This document shows, piece after piece, positions 37,850 through 47,987 of a DNA stretch of 59,301 nt. Origin of the DNA: an uncultured Gammaproteobacteria bacterium. GTDB lineage: Bacteria > Patescibacteriota > Microgenomatia > Woykebacterales > RBG-16-39-9b. Under the pieces are notes generated by a model, which saw only the letters and a program-made list of their open reading frames with translations, searched no databases and had not been told where the DNA came from. The stretch is from NCBI GenBank assembly GCA_964349395.1, contig CAYGGA010000004.1:1-59301 (forward strand), written 5' to 3'. Position numbers and translations under genes: made by a program. Numbering within the stretch: the first letter of the stretch is position 1; each line of letters starts with the position of its first letter.

Positions 37850-37957
37850 TTTGCTCTTTAGAGCAATTTAAATGATAGCCTGTCTTCGTTTTGGGTTACT
37901 AGATGTAACCATTGTACGAGAAACTCTACCTCTGATATAATTGAGGCAAGGATTATT

Positions 37958-38227
37958 ATGGCACTACTGAAGGACGAAAAGAAAAAAATATTAGATAGCT
38001 TTGCTCAACATGAAGGTGACACTGGTTCACCGGAAGTTCAGGTGGCTCTCTTAACGGAGAGAATTACCAAATTAACTGGCCATCTCAAAGATCATAAAAG
38101 CGACGTCCACTCTCGTCGTGGGCTTTTGCAGATGGTAAACAAACGAAGAAGACTACTATTGTATCTTACCAAAAAGGATCCGGACCGATATAAAAAAATT
38201 GTGGAAAAATTAGGATTAAATAAGTAG
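37958..38227 (+). CDS. rpsO: 30S ribosomal protein S15
   Basis: [29 protein letters not shown]. Confidence 0.98.
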   Translation: MALLKDEKKKILDSFAQHEGDTGSPEVQVALLTERITKLTGHLKDHKSDVHSRRGLLQMVNKRRRLLLYLTKKDPDRYKKIVEKLGLNK

Positions 38228-38300
38228 CTTTTTGCTTTGCAAAAACTACTTGCGCCAGTTTGATAACTGGCTAAAGTAATTATAAATAATTGAAAGGAAT

Positions 38301-38351
38301 GGAGTTTGGGGGTTTAGTTCAGGTATCACTTGAACCAAGCACCCAATCTCC
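38301..38351 (+). promoter_or_regulatory. Long hairpin in the pnp 5' leader
   Basis: GGAG-T-TTGGG-G-GTTT-A-GTTCAG...TGAAC-C-AAGC-A-CCCAA-T-CTCC, ending 11 nt before the ATG. Confidence 0.6.
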
Positions 38352-38362
38352 GCAAAAGAAAA

Positions 38363-40438
38363 ATGGCAAAAAAATTAATCAAAAAAGAACTTAAATGGGG
38401 TGAGCGCACCCTCACTCTGGAAACTGGTAAATTAGCCAATCAAGCAGACGCTTCGGTACTTGCTCGCTATGGTGACACCGTGGTTTTAGCTACGGTAGTG
38501 GCTGTTCCCGCTAAAGAAGATATTAGTTTCTTTCCACTGGCTGTTGACTACGAAGAAAGACTTTACGCTTCCGGAAGGATCTCAGGCTCTCGTTTCATCA
38601 AAAGAGAAGGCCGACCCACTGAGGAAGCAATTTTAACGGGTAGACTGGTTGACAGATCTGTTCGCCCTCTTTTCCCTAAAGACTATATTGAAGAAGTTCA
38701 GGTGATTATCACGGTCTTGTCTTATGATAATGAAAACGACCCCGATGTTTTGGCTATTGTTGCCTCGTCAGCAGTTTTGACTATGAGTGATATTCCTTGG
38801 AAAGGCCCCCTTGGGGCTGTGAAGGTAGGTCTTAAAGACGGGGAGTTTGTTTTAAATCCAACTCGCAGTGAACTAGAAACTTCTGACCTGGAGCTAGTTG
38901 TCTCTTCTTCCACTGGCAAAACTGTCATGCTGGAAGCTGGTGCTAAAGAAGTACCCGAAGACATCATGTTTAAAGCGATCCAATTCGCGCACGAAAATAC
39001 CAAACCAGTTTTGGACTTTATCGAGGACTTTGTTAAAGAAGCAGGAAAACCTAAAAAGGAATACGTCTCCGCTTTAGAAAAAAGCGAAGTTCATGAAGCA
39101 ATTACCAACCACATTAAAGAGAATTTTAAAGAGCAGATTTTTAATCCGGATCGGGCCTCAAGGGAAGCTGCGTGGAAAGAGTTTAAAGAATCTATTTACG
39201 TAGTTTTCGAAGGTAAATTGACCAAAGCACAAATGAGCGACATTTTTGATGACACCGTGAAAAAAATGGTCCGTCACGCGATTATTGACGAGAAGAAACG
39301 TCCTGATGGTCGAAAAATGGATGAAGTTCGCGAGATCGAAACCGAAGTTGGTTTACTACCAAGAACACATGGATCAGGTCTGTTTAGACGTGGGGATACA
39401 CAAGTTTTAAATGTCGCTACTCTCGGATCTACTTCTTTGGAACAGTTAATTGACGGTATGCAGGGTGAGATGACCAAAAGGTACATGCATCACTACACCT
39501 TCCCTCCTTATTCAACTGGTGAAACCAAAAGAATGATGTCCCCCGGAAGACGGGAAATCGGTCACGGTGCTTTAGCCGAACGAGCTTTATTACCGGTTAT
39601 TCCAGATACTGAGAAGTTTCCTTATACTATTCGATTGGTCTCAGAGGTTCTCTCTTCTTCTGGCTCAACCTCAATGGGAGCAACATGTGCTTCAACTCTA
39701 GCCCTAATGGATGCCGGTGTACCAATCTCAGCACCTGTGTCTGGTATTGCCATGGGTTTGGTGACTGAAGAAGACAAGTGGGAAATTTTAACTGATATTC
39801 AAGCACTGGAGGATTTCTTTGGTGACATGGACTTTAAAATCGCGGGGACTCAAAAAGGTATCACCGCTATTCAAATGGATACCAAGATTGATGGTTTAAC
39901 AAACGAGATGATTGAGAAGACCTTTAAAGATGGCAAAGTAGCCAGAGCCTTTATCCTTGGAAAAATGCTAGAAGCTCTGCCCGAATCAAGGAAAGAGCTT
40001 TCAGAATTTGCTCCGAAAGTGATCGTGGTGATGATTCCACCGAAAAAAATCGGTGAAGTTATTGGTACTGGTGGTAAGGTCATCAACAAAATCATTGAAG
40101 AAACAGGTGTTGCCATCGACATTGATGATGACGGTACGGTGATGATCTCCGGTGTTGACCCGGTTGCAACGGAGAAAGCTAAAGCTTGGATTGAAGGTAT
40201 TACCAAAGAACCTAAACCAGGGGAAGTCTATGAAGGTACCGTCAAAAGATTAATGAATTTTGGGGCCTTCGTGGAAATTTTGCCTGGTAAAGAAGGTCTA
40301 GTGCACGTCTCTCAAATCTCAGAAGAGAGAGTCGAAGACATTAACACCGTTCTAAAAGTTGGTGACAGCCTTAAAGTCAAAGTTTTAGAAATTGACGCCC
40401 AAGGTCGACTGAATCTAACGGCTAAAGGTGTGAATTAG
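38363..40438 (+). CDS. pnp: Polyribonucleotide nucleotidyltransferase
   Basis: RSVRPLFP, RPDGR, RTHGS, RREIGHG, SSGSTSM, GDMDFK; KH and S1 domains. Confidence 0.98.
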   Translation: MAKKLIKKELKWGERTLTLETGKLANQADASVLARYGDTVVLATVVAVPAKEDISFFPLAVDYEERLYASGRISGSRFIKREGRPTEEAILTGRLVDRSVRPLFPKDYIEEVQVIITVLSYDNENDPDVLAIVASSAVLTMSDIPWKGPLGAVKVGLKDGEFVLNPTRSELETSDLELVVSSSTGKTVMLEAGAKEVPEDIMFKAIQFAHENTKPVLDFIEDFVKEAGKPKKEYVSALEKSEVHEAITNHIKENFKEQIFNPDRASREAAWKEFKESIYVVFEGKLTKAQMSDIFDDTVKKMVRHAIIDEKKRPDGRKMDEVREIETEVGLLPRTHGSGLFRRGDTQVLNVATLGSTSLEQLIDGMQGEMTKRYMHHYTFPPYSTGETKRMMSPGRREIGHGALAERALLPVIPDTEKFPYTIRLVSEVLSSSGSTSMGATCASTLALMDAGVPISAPVSGIAMGLVTEEDKWEILTDIQALEDFFGDMDFKIAGTQKGITAIQMDTKIDGLTNEMIEKTFKDGKVARAFILGKMLEALPESRKELSEFAPKVIVVMIPPKKIGEVIGTGGKVINKIIEETGVAIDIDDDGTVMISGVDPVATEKAKAWIEGITKEPKPGEVYEGTVKRLMNFGAFVEILPGKEGLVHVSQISEERVEDINTVLKVGDSLKVKVLEIDAQGRLNLTAKGVN

Positions 40439-40477
40439 AAAAAAGGTCGTGTGGTAAAATTAAGGTAAAACTTCTCT

Positions 40478-41512
40478 ATGGATTTAGCTGCTGCTCAAAA
40501 CAGTATTGAAACTGCCAATTTACCCGTAAAATTAAAAGAAACGGTCCAAGAAACATTAGACCGACTCAAAAATCTATCTCAAGGCAAAGAGTATTATACT
40601 GAGTACGATTCTCTACTACGCTACATTGACTGGGTAGTCAATCTTCCCTGGGAAAAAGAGAGTCAAGATCAGCTTGATTTAAAACAAGCTAAAGAAATTT
40701 TAGACCAAGGCCATTTTGGCCTAGAACCGATTAAAGAGAGGATCTTGGAGTATCTATCAGTTAGGAAACTCCAGAATCGGGTTGAAGGTAGTGTCTTTAA
40801 AGCTCCGATTCTGTGTTTTGCTGGTTTGCAAGGTAGTGGTAAAACTACTTTGGCAAAATCTATTGCTAAAGCTCTAAACCGTAAGTTTGAGCGTGTATCT
40901 TTAGGAGCGATTGGAAGTACGTCCCAATTGCGTGGCCGCCCCAGGTCAGAACCAGATAGCGAACCAGGTCAGATCATCAAGTCACTCAGACGGGCAGAAA
41001 CCAGAAATCCAGTCATCTTGCTTGACGAGATTGATAAGGTGAGTGGTGAGACTTCTCTGCGCAATGACGTCATGGCCGCTCTTTTAGAGATTTTAGATCC
41101 CGAGCAGAACCCCACTTTTAGGGATCACTACGTTGATTTTCCTTTTGACTTGAGGCATGTGATTTTTGTCTGCACGGCCAATGATCTGGTGACAGTTTCT
41201 CCAGCTTTGTTAGATCGTATGGAGGTAGTGCAAATGCCGTCTTACTCTGACAGCGAGAAAATCACCATTGGTAAGGACTACTTACTACCGCAAATTGCCA
41301 AAGAGAATGGCCTTAAGGATAAAGAAATCACTATTACCGAGTCTCTTTGGCCCAAAATTGTGCGTCCCCTGGGATTTGATGCGGGACTTAGGACTTTGGA
41401 AAGAAATTTGGATACCATTACCCGCAAGGTAGCTAAAAAAATTGTCACGGGAGAAGGCCAGAATTTTACTATTACTGAAAACAACCTCAAGGAGTTTCTC
41501 GAGAGTTACTAA
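40478..41512 (+). CDS. Lon-type AAA+ ATPase module only (no N-domain, no protease domain)
   Basis: DQGHFGLEPIKERILEYL, GLQGSGKTT, LLDEIDK, DPEQN, LLDRME; ends at the AAA lid. Confidence 0.85.
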   Translation: MDLAAAQNSIETANLPVKLKETVQETLDRLKNLSQGKEYYTEYDSLLRYIDWVVNLPWEKESQDQLDLKQAKEILDQGHFGLEPIKERILEYLSVRKLQNRVEGSVFKAPILCFAGLQGSGKTTLAKSIAKALNRKFERVSLGAIGSTSQLRGRPRSEPDSEPGQIIKSLRRAETRNPVILLDEIDKVSGETSLRNDVMAALLEILDPEQNPTFRDHYVDFPFDLRHVIFVCTANDLVTVSPALLDRMEVVQMPSYSDSEKITIGKDYLLPQIAKENGLKDKEITITESLWPKIVRPLGFDAGLRTLERNLDTITRKVAKKIVTGEGQNFTITENNLKEFLESY

Positions 41513-41536
41513 AGATAATTTTTCTATCTACTACTT

Positions 41537-42151
41537 ATGAGTAATAAAGCAGAATTATTAAAACAAGTCGAAGACAGACTTAAAGCCGAAGATTTTCCGC
41601 TTAAAAAAACAGCCACTAACCTAGTTTTTGGCGAAGGCGATCCAGGTAGCAAAGTTGTTTTTATTGGCGAAGCACCTGGTTTCCATGAAGACAAAACTGG
41701 GCGGCCGTTTGTGGGCGTGGCGGGTAGGCTTTTGGAAAAACTACTTGCTGCCACTAATTTAAAGAGAGAGGCTGTGTATATTACCAATATGGTCAAATAC
41801 CGTCCGCCAGAGAACCGCGATCCTTTGCCTTCGGAATTAGAAATCTTTGGTCCTTATTTGGATCAGCAGCTCGAAATTATTAATCCGGAGGTAATTGTGA
41901 CTTTGGGTAGATTTTCCATGGCAAGGTTTTTGCCCGGAGCCAAAATCGGCCAAGTTCATGGTAAACCAATCAGAAAGAATGGTAAAATTATTCTGCCCCT
42001 TTATCACCCCGCGGCGGCTCTAAGAAATGGAGCAGTACTGCGCGAGTTAGAAAAAGATTTCGCGGTGCTGCCGCTGGTTCTGCAAGATCCAAGCATCGTC
42101 GCAATGGAAAAAGTTACAAACAATGATCCCAATCAGATAGGACTCTTCTAA
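41537..42151 (+). CDS. Uracil-DNA glycosylase, family 4
   Basis: [34 protein letters not shown]. Confidence 0.93.
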   Translation: MSNKAELLKQVEDRLKAEDFPLKKTATNLVFGEGDPGSKVVFIGEAPGFHEDKTGRPFVGVAGRLLEKLLAATNLKREAVYITNMVKYRPPENRDPLPSELEIFGPYLDQQLEIINPEVIVTLGRFSMARFLPGAKIGQVHGKPIRKNGKIILPLYHPAAALRNGAVLRELEKDFAVLPLVLQDPSIVAMEKVTNNDPNQIGLF

Positions 42152-43956
42152 TGGAAATAAAATTTAACCCTAACCAAAAACCAAATCAAAAAAACGAGCG
42201 GCCCAACTTTGCACAAGGTAGACCCCAGCACCCAAGCCAACAACATCAACAACCTCCCAAAAAGGGGATGGTGCCAAGGTTTTCTCCTCAAGATAAAGGG
42301 GGGAGCAAAAACACTTTGAAATTTATTCCTCTCGGGGGCAATGGGTTAGTAACGAAAAACTTCTTTATCTACCAGTATGGTGATGACATTTTGATCGTGG
42401 ATTGTGGTATGGGGTTCCCATCAGAGGAGATGTACGGCATTGATATTATCATCCCAGACATCAGCTATTTAAAAGATAAAATTCACAAGATCAGAGGGAT
42501 TTTGATCACTCATGGGCATGAAGACCACATTGGGGCGATTCCTTATTTGATTGATACCTTAGCCCCGGTGCCAATTTATACCGCCAAATTAACGGCTGGT
42601 TTGATCAAGCAAAAACTAACTGAGGTAGATAAGCTGCGCCATGCCCGTATCAATGAAGTAAAGCCCGGCCAAAAACTACAACTGGGGCAATTTTTAGTTG
42701 AACCTTTTCACGTCAACCACTCCATTCCTGATTCTATGGGTTATGCCATTACCACCAAAATGGGAACGACGATTCATACTGGGGACTACAAATTTGACTG
42801 GACACCCGTCGATAAAGTACCTGCTGATATCAGAATTTTGGCGGAGTATGGAGAAAAAGGAGTTTTGGCTCTGATGAGTGATTGTCTGAGGAGTGAAAAA
42901 CCTGGGTATACTCATTCAGAAATGCTGATCCAAGAAAGATTCGAAGAAGTGATGGAGCAGGCAGGAGGGAGAGTACTAATCACTACTTTTTCTTCCAATG
43001 TCTCGCGCATTCAGCAGGCGATCAATGCCTCACAAAAATTCGGGCGTAAAGTCGCCGTGGCTGGGCGCAGTATGGAAAACAATATCATGGTCGCTCGAGA
43101 TTTGAATTATTTATCCCTACCGCAAGATATTATTGTTAAAATCGACCAAATTGGCAGAATTCCTCCTTCTAAACTTACCATTTTAGTCTCTGGAGCTCAA
43201 GGGCAACCCGGGAGTGCCCTAAATCGTATTGCCAACGCGGAGCATCGGTTTATCTCGATTCAGGAAGGAGATGAGGTAGTTTTTAGTGCCGACCCTATTC
43301 CTGGTAATCAAGACGCCGTCTATAACACGATTGATAATCTTTCCCGCCTTGGCGCCAATGTACGCTACTCTGATATTACCAATGACTTTCACGTCTCCGG
43401 CCACGCTGCTCAGAATGAGCTGATGCTGATGATTTCGCTCACCAAACCCAAATACTTAGTCCCAATCTCGGGCATGATGCGCCAGATGCAGCAGTATGCC
43501 AATATGGCGGAGAAAAGCGGTTACCGGAAAGACCAAATATTTCTAGTTGATGAGGGTGAGATTTTGGAGTTTAGTCCCGGGGGTGTGAAGAAAACAGGCA
43601 AATTAGAAGTAGAAAACATTATGGTCGATGGTCTCGGGGTAGGAGATGTAGGCAGCGTTGTCTTGCGTGACCGTCAAGTACTAGCCGAAGAAGGAATCGT
43701 GGTAGTGATTATCAGTATGTCCCATTCTACTAGCCAACTAGTCGGCGACCCAGAAATTGTCTCTCGTGGGTTTGTTTACATGAAAGAAGCTGAGCATTTG
43801 ATTGACAAAGCTAAAGAGATAGTTAAAAAAACTCTCAGTGGTAAGCAATTAAAAGGCCAATTTGCTCGGGAAAAAGTCACCAATGATTTAGAAAGGTTTC
43901 TTTATGAGCAGACTCAGCGCCGTCCTATGGTCATCCCCGTCATTATCGAGGTCTAA
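42151..43956 (+). CDS. rnj: Ribonuclease J with Q/P/N-rich N-terminal extension
   Basis: THGHEDHIG, NHSIPD, TGDYK, HVSGHA, RRPMVIPVI. Confidence 0.96.
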   Translation: MEIKFNPNQKPNQKNERPNFAQGRPQHPSQQHQQPPKKGMVPRFSPQDKGGSKNTLKFIPLGGNGLVTKNFFIYQYGDDILIVDCGMGFPSEEMYGIDIIIPDISYLKDKIHKIRGILITHGHEDHIGAIPYLIDTLAPVPIYTAKLTAGLIKQKLTEVDKLRHARINEVKPGQKLQLGQFLVEPFHVNHSIPDSMGYAITTKMGTTIHTGDYKFDWTPVDKVPADIRILAEYGEKGVLALMSDCLRSEKPGYTHSEMLIQERFEEVMEQAGGRVLITTFSSNVSRIQQAINASQKFGRKVAVAGRSMENNIMVARDLNYLSLPQDIIVKIDQIGRIPPSKLTILVSGAQGQPGSALNRIANAEHRFISIQEGDEVVFSADPIPGNQDAVYNTIDNLSRLGANVRYSDITNDFHVSGHAAQNELMLMISLTKPKYLVPISGMMRQMQQYANMAEKSGYRKDQIFLVDEGEILEFSPGGVKKTGKLEVENIMVDGLGVGDVGSVVLRDRQVLAEEGIVVVIISMSHSTSQLVGDPEIVSRGFVYMKEAEHLIDKAKEIVKKTLSGKQLKGQFAREKVTNDLERFLYEQTQRRPMVIPVIIEV

Positions 43957-43962
43957 GGTGCT

Positions 43963-44028
43963 TGTCATTGCGAACGAAGTGAAGCAATCTCAGATTGCCA
44001 CGTCGGCTTAAGCCTGCTCGCAATGACA
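43963..44028. repeat. RPE-like palindromic repeat, family 1, copy 3
   Basis: TGTCATTGCGAACGAAGTGAAGCAATCTC-AGATTGCCACG...CTCGCAATGACA. Confidence 0.85.
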
Positions 44029-44125
44029 TAATAAAGACTTATAGTACTTGACAAAGTGATATTATTGTGCTTAAATGAGGAGAGTAGGGGTTGATCGTAT
44101 TTGGAGCCCCGAGTATACTGTCTTT

Positions 44126-46273
44126 ATGCCAAAAAGAGTTCGAGTCAGACGAAACAGGAGTCCCTTTAAATTCAGACTGAAAAAGAAAACTGCTCAGGGT
44201 ATCTTTGCTGTGGTCTTGATAGCTACCTCCCTTCTTTTTTTCCTTTCCTACTTTCTTCAGGGTGAAGTCGCCAGTCAAATCAAAACTACGCTATTTGACA
44301 CTTTTGGTTTGGGGGCGGTTTTGCTCCCGGTACTACTACTAGTATCCGGGTTGATGTTAACTCGTCTTAAAATAAAATTCCTTCAAGCCAATCTGCTTAT
44401 TGGTTTAGCCTTGATTATAATTTCCTTAATTACCTTGATGGCGCCACTTTCCACCGAAGCCGGTGGGGTTGTGGGTCTCACTATCTGGGAAAATCTTACG
44501 TCGGTGATTGGTGGGCCTTTTTCTTCCCTTTTCTTAACCGCCACCTTTATCTTAGGTTTAATTATCTTTTTTAACACTCCGATTGAAGATGTCTTCGCCG
44601 CCGTTGGTAAAAGTGTTTCGTACTTAGGTCTTTCGGTGGCCCAAGTCTTTGAAAGAAAAGAAAAAGAGGCTGCTTTTGCCCAGAAACCAAAACTAGATAT
44701 CAAGGTGGCCCAGGAGCCAGCCCCTTCTCGTATTGATAAACCAGTAACTGCGGGAGGGGACATACCGGCTCTGGGGACTGGGATAGTGAGCAACCTACCC
44801 GGTAGCTCTCAAGTTTGGAATTACCCACCACTTGAGCTTTTAAGTGAAAATTCTGGTAGTAAAGCGGCTCGGGGAGATTTAAAAAATAGCGCGGCGATTA
44901 TTGAAAAAACATTAGAAAGTTTTGGTATCCAGGCTCGAGTGGTAGAAGTAAACTCCGGTCCCTCAGTTACCCAATACGCACTAGAAATTTCTTTGGGGAC
45001 CAAACTAAATAAAATTACCTCTCTTGCTGACAATATTGCCCTTTCTTTAGCAGCTCCGACTGGGACCGTCCGAATCGAAGCCCCAATTCCTGGGAAATCT
45101 CTAGTTGGGATTGAGGTACCAAATCTCAGCCCAGAAACGGTCATGCTTAAATCTCTTTTGGCCTCCGCGACTATGCAGAAAAACAAAAGCAAACTGGCTT
45201 TAGCCTTAGGACTAGATGTTTCTGGTTCTCCGGTGGTTGGCGATTTAGCCAAAATGCCCCACCTTTTGATTGCCGGGTCCACGGGATCTGGTAAAAGTGT
45301 GGCGGTGAATGGTTTTATCGCGAATCTTTTGTTTAGAACTACTCCGACTGAAGTAAAATTAATTTTGGTGGATCCAAAGATTGTAGAACTCTCTCAGTGG
45401 AACGGTATCCCTCATCTGCTTACTCCCGTGATAAATGAACCAGAAAAAGTACTATCTGCGCTTAAATGGGCGACGGCGGAGATGGACAGGCGGTATAAAC
45501 TTTTTGCCTCAATTGGGGCAAGAAATATCGATTCTTACAATGAGATGAGTGGTTTCCAGGCTCTGCCATATATTGTTATTATTTTGGACGAATTAGCAGA
45601 TTTGATGATGTTTGCTCCAGTCGAGATCGAAGATAGCGTGGTTCGTCTGGCCCAAATGGCTCGGGCAGTGGGGCTTCACCTTGTACTGGCTACCCAGAGA
45701 CCAAGTGTCGATGTTATCACCGGTTTGATCAAAGCTAATATTCCTTCTCGCATTGCTTTTAATGTTGTTTCCCAAATTGATTCTCGAGTTATTATTGACC
45801 AAGTTGGAGCTGAAAAACTACTTGGTAAAGGGGATATGCTGTATGTTCCACCAGATGCTTCTAAACCCTATCGTATCCAGGGAGTTTACGTGTCTGACAA
45901 TGAAATTAATAAACTAATCGACTTTTTGAAGAAAAGTGGGGTGGAGCCTCAATACACTGAAGAGATTGTCACCATGCCCATTTCCAAACTATCCAGAGGG
46001 GGGAGTATTGGTGCCAGTGGAGATGATAAAGATGAACTTTTTGAGGAAGCAGTCAAAGTCATTGTGCAGTATGACCGCGCCTCCGCTTCCCTTTTGCAAA
46101 GACGCTTGCGAGTCGGCTATGCCCGTGCCGCCAGGTTGCTTGACGAGCTAGAAAGTGCGGGGGTGGTAGGGGTCGCGGATGGCAGTAAAGCTCGTGACGT
46201 GTTAGTTCGGGATGTAAATCGAGCTTTGGGTGGAAGTCCAGCGGAGGGAGGACTGCCCCCTGAAATGGGATGA
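44126..46273 (+). CDS. ftsK: DNA translocase FtsK/SpoIIIE
   Basis: N-terminal TMs; PHLLIAGSTGSGKS, IILDELADLM, ATQRPSVDV; gamma domain LLQRRLRVGYARAARL. Confidence 0.96.
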   Translation: MPKRVRVRRNRSPFKFRLKKKTAQGIFAVVLIATSLLFFLSYFLQGEVASQIKTTLFDTFGLGAVLLPVLLLVSGLMLTRLKIKFLQANLLIGLALIIISLITLMAPLSTEAGGVVGLTIWENLTSVIGGPFSSLFLTATFILGLIIFFNTPIEDVFAAVGKSVSYLGLSVAQVFERKEKEAAFAQKPKLDIKVAQEPAPSRIDKPVTAGGDIPALGTGIVSNLPGSSQVWNYPPLELLSENSGSKAARGDLKNSAAIIEKTLESFGIQARVVEVNSGPSVTQYALEISLGTKLNKITSLADNIALSLAAPTGTVRIEAPIPGKSLVGIEVPNLSPETVMLKSLLASATMQKNKSKLALALGLDVSGSPVVGDLAKMPHLLIAGSTGSGKSVAVNGFIANLLFRTTPTEVKLILVDPKIVELSQWNGIPHLLTPVINEPEKVLSALKWATAEMDRRYKLFASIGARNIDSYNEMSGFQALPYIVIILDELADLMMFAPVEIEDSVVRLAQMARAVGLHLVLATQRPSVDVITGLIKANIPSRIAFNVVSQIDSRVIIDQVGAEKLLGKGDMLYVPPDASKPYRIQGVYVSDNEINKLIDFLKKSGVEPQYTEEIVTMPISKLSRGGSIGASGDDKDELFEEAVKVIVQYDRASASLLQRRLRVGYARAARLLDELESAGVVGVADGSKARDVLVRDVNRALGGSPAEGGLPPEMG

Positions 46274-47190
46274 GGACTGTTGGCGAAATATTAAGTGAAA
46301 AAAGAAATAAACTGGGCCTCAGTCTAGAAGAAGTTGAGAAAAAGACAAAAATCCGGCGCAATCTTTTAGAATCAATTGAAAAAGGGGAATGGGAAAAATT
46401 ACCTCCGCCTACTTTTACCAAAGGGTTTATCAGCAATTATGGTGAGTTTTTAGGGTTAAACTCCCCTGAGTTGCTCGCTTTCTTTCGACGCGAGTATGAC
46501 GAGAAGAAAAATCCTAAACTTACTACAATGGCCATGGTCAACCACCCTCGGTTTGCTGTCACTTCTACCACCGTCGTCGTGGGTTTTATCTCTTTAGTAC
46601 TACTTTTTGTTTTTGGCTATCTTTTTATCCAATATCGCTCTTTCACTGGTGCCCCGCTGCTAGATATCTCCGAACCTAAAAACAACTTAAAAACTTCGGT
46701 TTCTGATGTCTTGGTAGTTGGAAGAACCTACTCGGATGCTACTCTAAAAATCAATGGTCAAGATGTCCAGCTTTCCCCTGGGGGAGCGTTTTCAGTGGCG
46801 GTAGCTCTAGTAGATGGGGTAAATGAATTGATTATCACCTCTTCGAATCGGTTTGGTAAAATCGCGACTGTGAAAAGAACCGTGGTGGTCGAAATTCCCC
46901 CCGCGGCGATCACACAATCTCCCACGGCTACCTCCTCAGCTAGTCAGGCTGACCCCCTAACATTAGTCTTAAAGATTGGTCCGCAGAGTAGTTGGGTGCA
47001 CGTGGAGGTGGATGGAAATCTAAATTTTGAGGGGGTTTTGGTGTCAGGAAATACCAAGACTTTTGAAGCCAAAGAAAGTATTAAAATCACTACTGGTAAT
47101 GCGGGGAGTACTCAAGTCAGTGTGAATGGTGGGGCAGAGGAAATTTTGGGTAGTACTGGGCAGCGAGTAGAGAAAGAGTTTAGGAAATAA
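46270..47190 (+). CDS. RodZ-like protein (HTH, TM, Ig-like and DUF4115-like domains)
   Basis: TVGEIL...GLSLEEV...TKIR...IEKG...KGFISNY; single TM; C-terminal SWVHVEVDG...GNAG; downstream of ftsK. Confidence 0.85.
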   Translation: MRTVGEILSEKRNKLGLSLEEVEKKTKIRRNLLESIEKGEWEKLPPPTFTKGFISNYGEFLGLNSPELLAFFRREYDEKKNPKLTTMAMVNHPRFAVTSTTVVVGFISLVLLFVFGYLFIQYRSFTGAPLLDISEPKNNLKTSVSDVLVVGRTYSDATLKINGQDVQLSPGGAFSVAVALVDGVNELIITSSNRFGKIATVKRTVVVEIPPAAITQSPTATSSASQADPLTLVLKIGPQSSWVHVEVDGNLNFEGVLVSGNTKTFEAKESIKITTGNAGSTQVSVNGGAEEILGSTGQRVEKEFRK

Positions 47191-47332
47191 ATTTCCTAGG
47201 CCTTTGGCGCAAGGAGTAGTGCATTAAATTTAACTAAGCTTGTCCACTTTTGACCTAGTTGGTACTATATTGACTGTCTTGACCAGCCAACCTTTCCTCT
47301 GTTAACCTAAGATACAAGGTATACAGCTGCTC

Positions 47333-47632
47333 ATGGACACATCTATTTTTCTTCTCATAATTATTTTTCTTGTGGTTATTATCCTCACTGCTGTAGGTGT
47401 CTATATCATTATTGTTCTGAGAGAAGTGAAATCAAATCTGGAGAGAATTGGCAAAATTTTAGACCACTTTGAAAATATTGCTGACACTTTGGATAATAAA
47501 ATTGTGGGCCCTACTAGCTCGGCAATGGGAATGATCTCGGCTATCAAAGAAGGATTTGAAATCTTTAAAGCTTTTAAAGGTGAACATTTAGGCAAGAAAG
47601 AAAAAAGAGAGGACTATGAGGAGGCACTCTAA
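47333..47632 (+). CDS. DUF948/YoxC-like small membrane protein
   Basis: N-terminal TM plus helical domain; paired with a YtxH-like gene. Confidence 0.6.
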   Translation: MDTSIFLLIIIFLVVIILTAVGVYIIIVLREVKSNLERIGKILDHFENIADTLDNKIVGPTSSAMGMISAIKEGFEIFKAFKGEHLGKKEKREDYEEAL

Positions 47633-47955
47633 TGCCTCATTCCCATCCTGAACACAAAAACGGCCATCCTGACGATTCCCTTTTCAAAGGGTTAGTCATG
47701 GGGGCAGTGATCGGGGCCGGAGTTTTGTGGCTCTTAGGAACAGAAGAAGGAAAAAAGATAAAAAAACAAGTTTTGGGCAGCGGGGAAGATTTGTTAACTA
47801 AAGCTAAAGATAAGGTCGAAGACTTGGTAGATGAGGATGATGTGGAAGAAGAACTCCCTAAAGTAGTCAGCTCCGCCCCTGTTAGAAAAGCAGTCAAACC
47901 GCTCAAAAAACCAGTCACCACTAAAAGATTTTTCAGAAAAAACGTTAACCTCTAG
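47632..47955 (+). CDS. YtxH-domain protein
   Basis: FKGLVMGAVIGAGVLWLLGTEEGKKIK. Confidence 0.75.
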   Translation: MPHSHPEHKNGHPDDSLFKGLVMGAVIGAGVLWLLGTEEGKKIKKQVLGSGEDLLTKAKDKVEDLVDEDDVEEELPKVVSSAPVRKAVKPLKKPVTTKRFFRKNVNL

Positions 47956-47987
47956 ATACAGATTAGTCTTACTGGTATACTTCTCTC

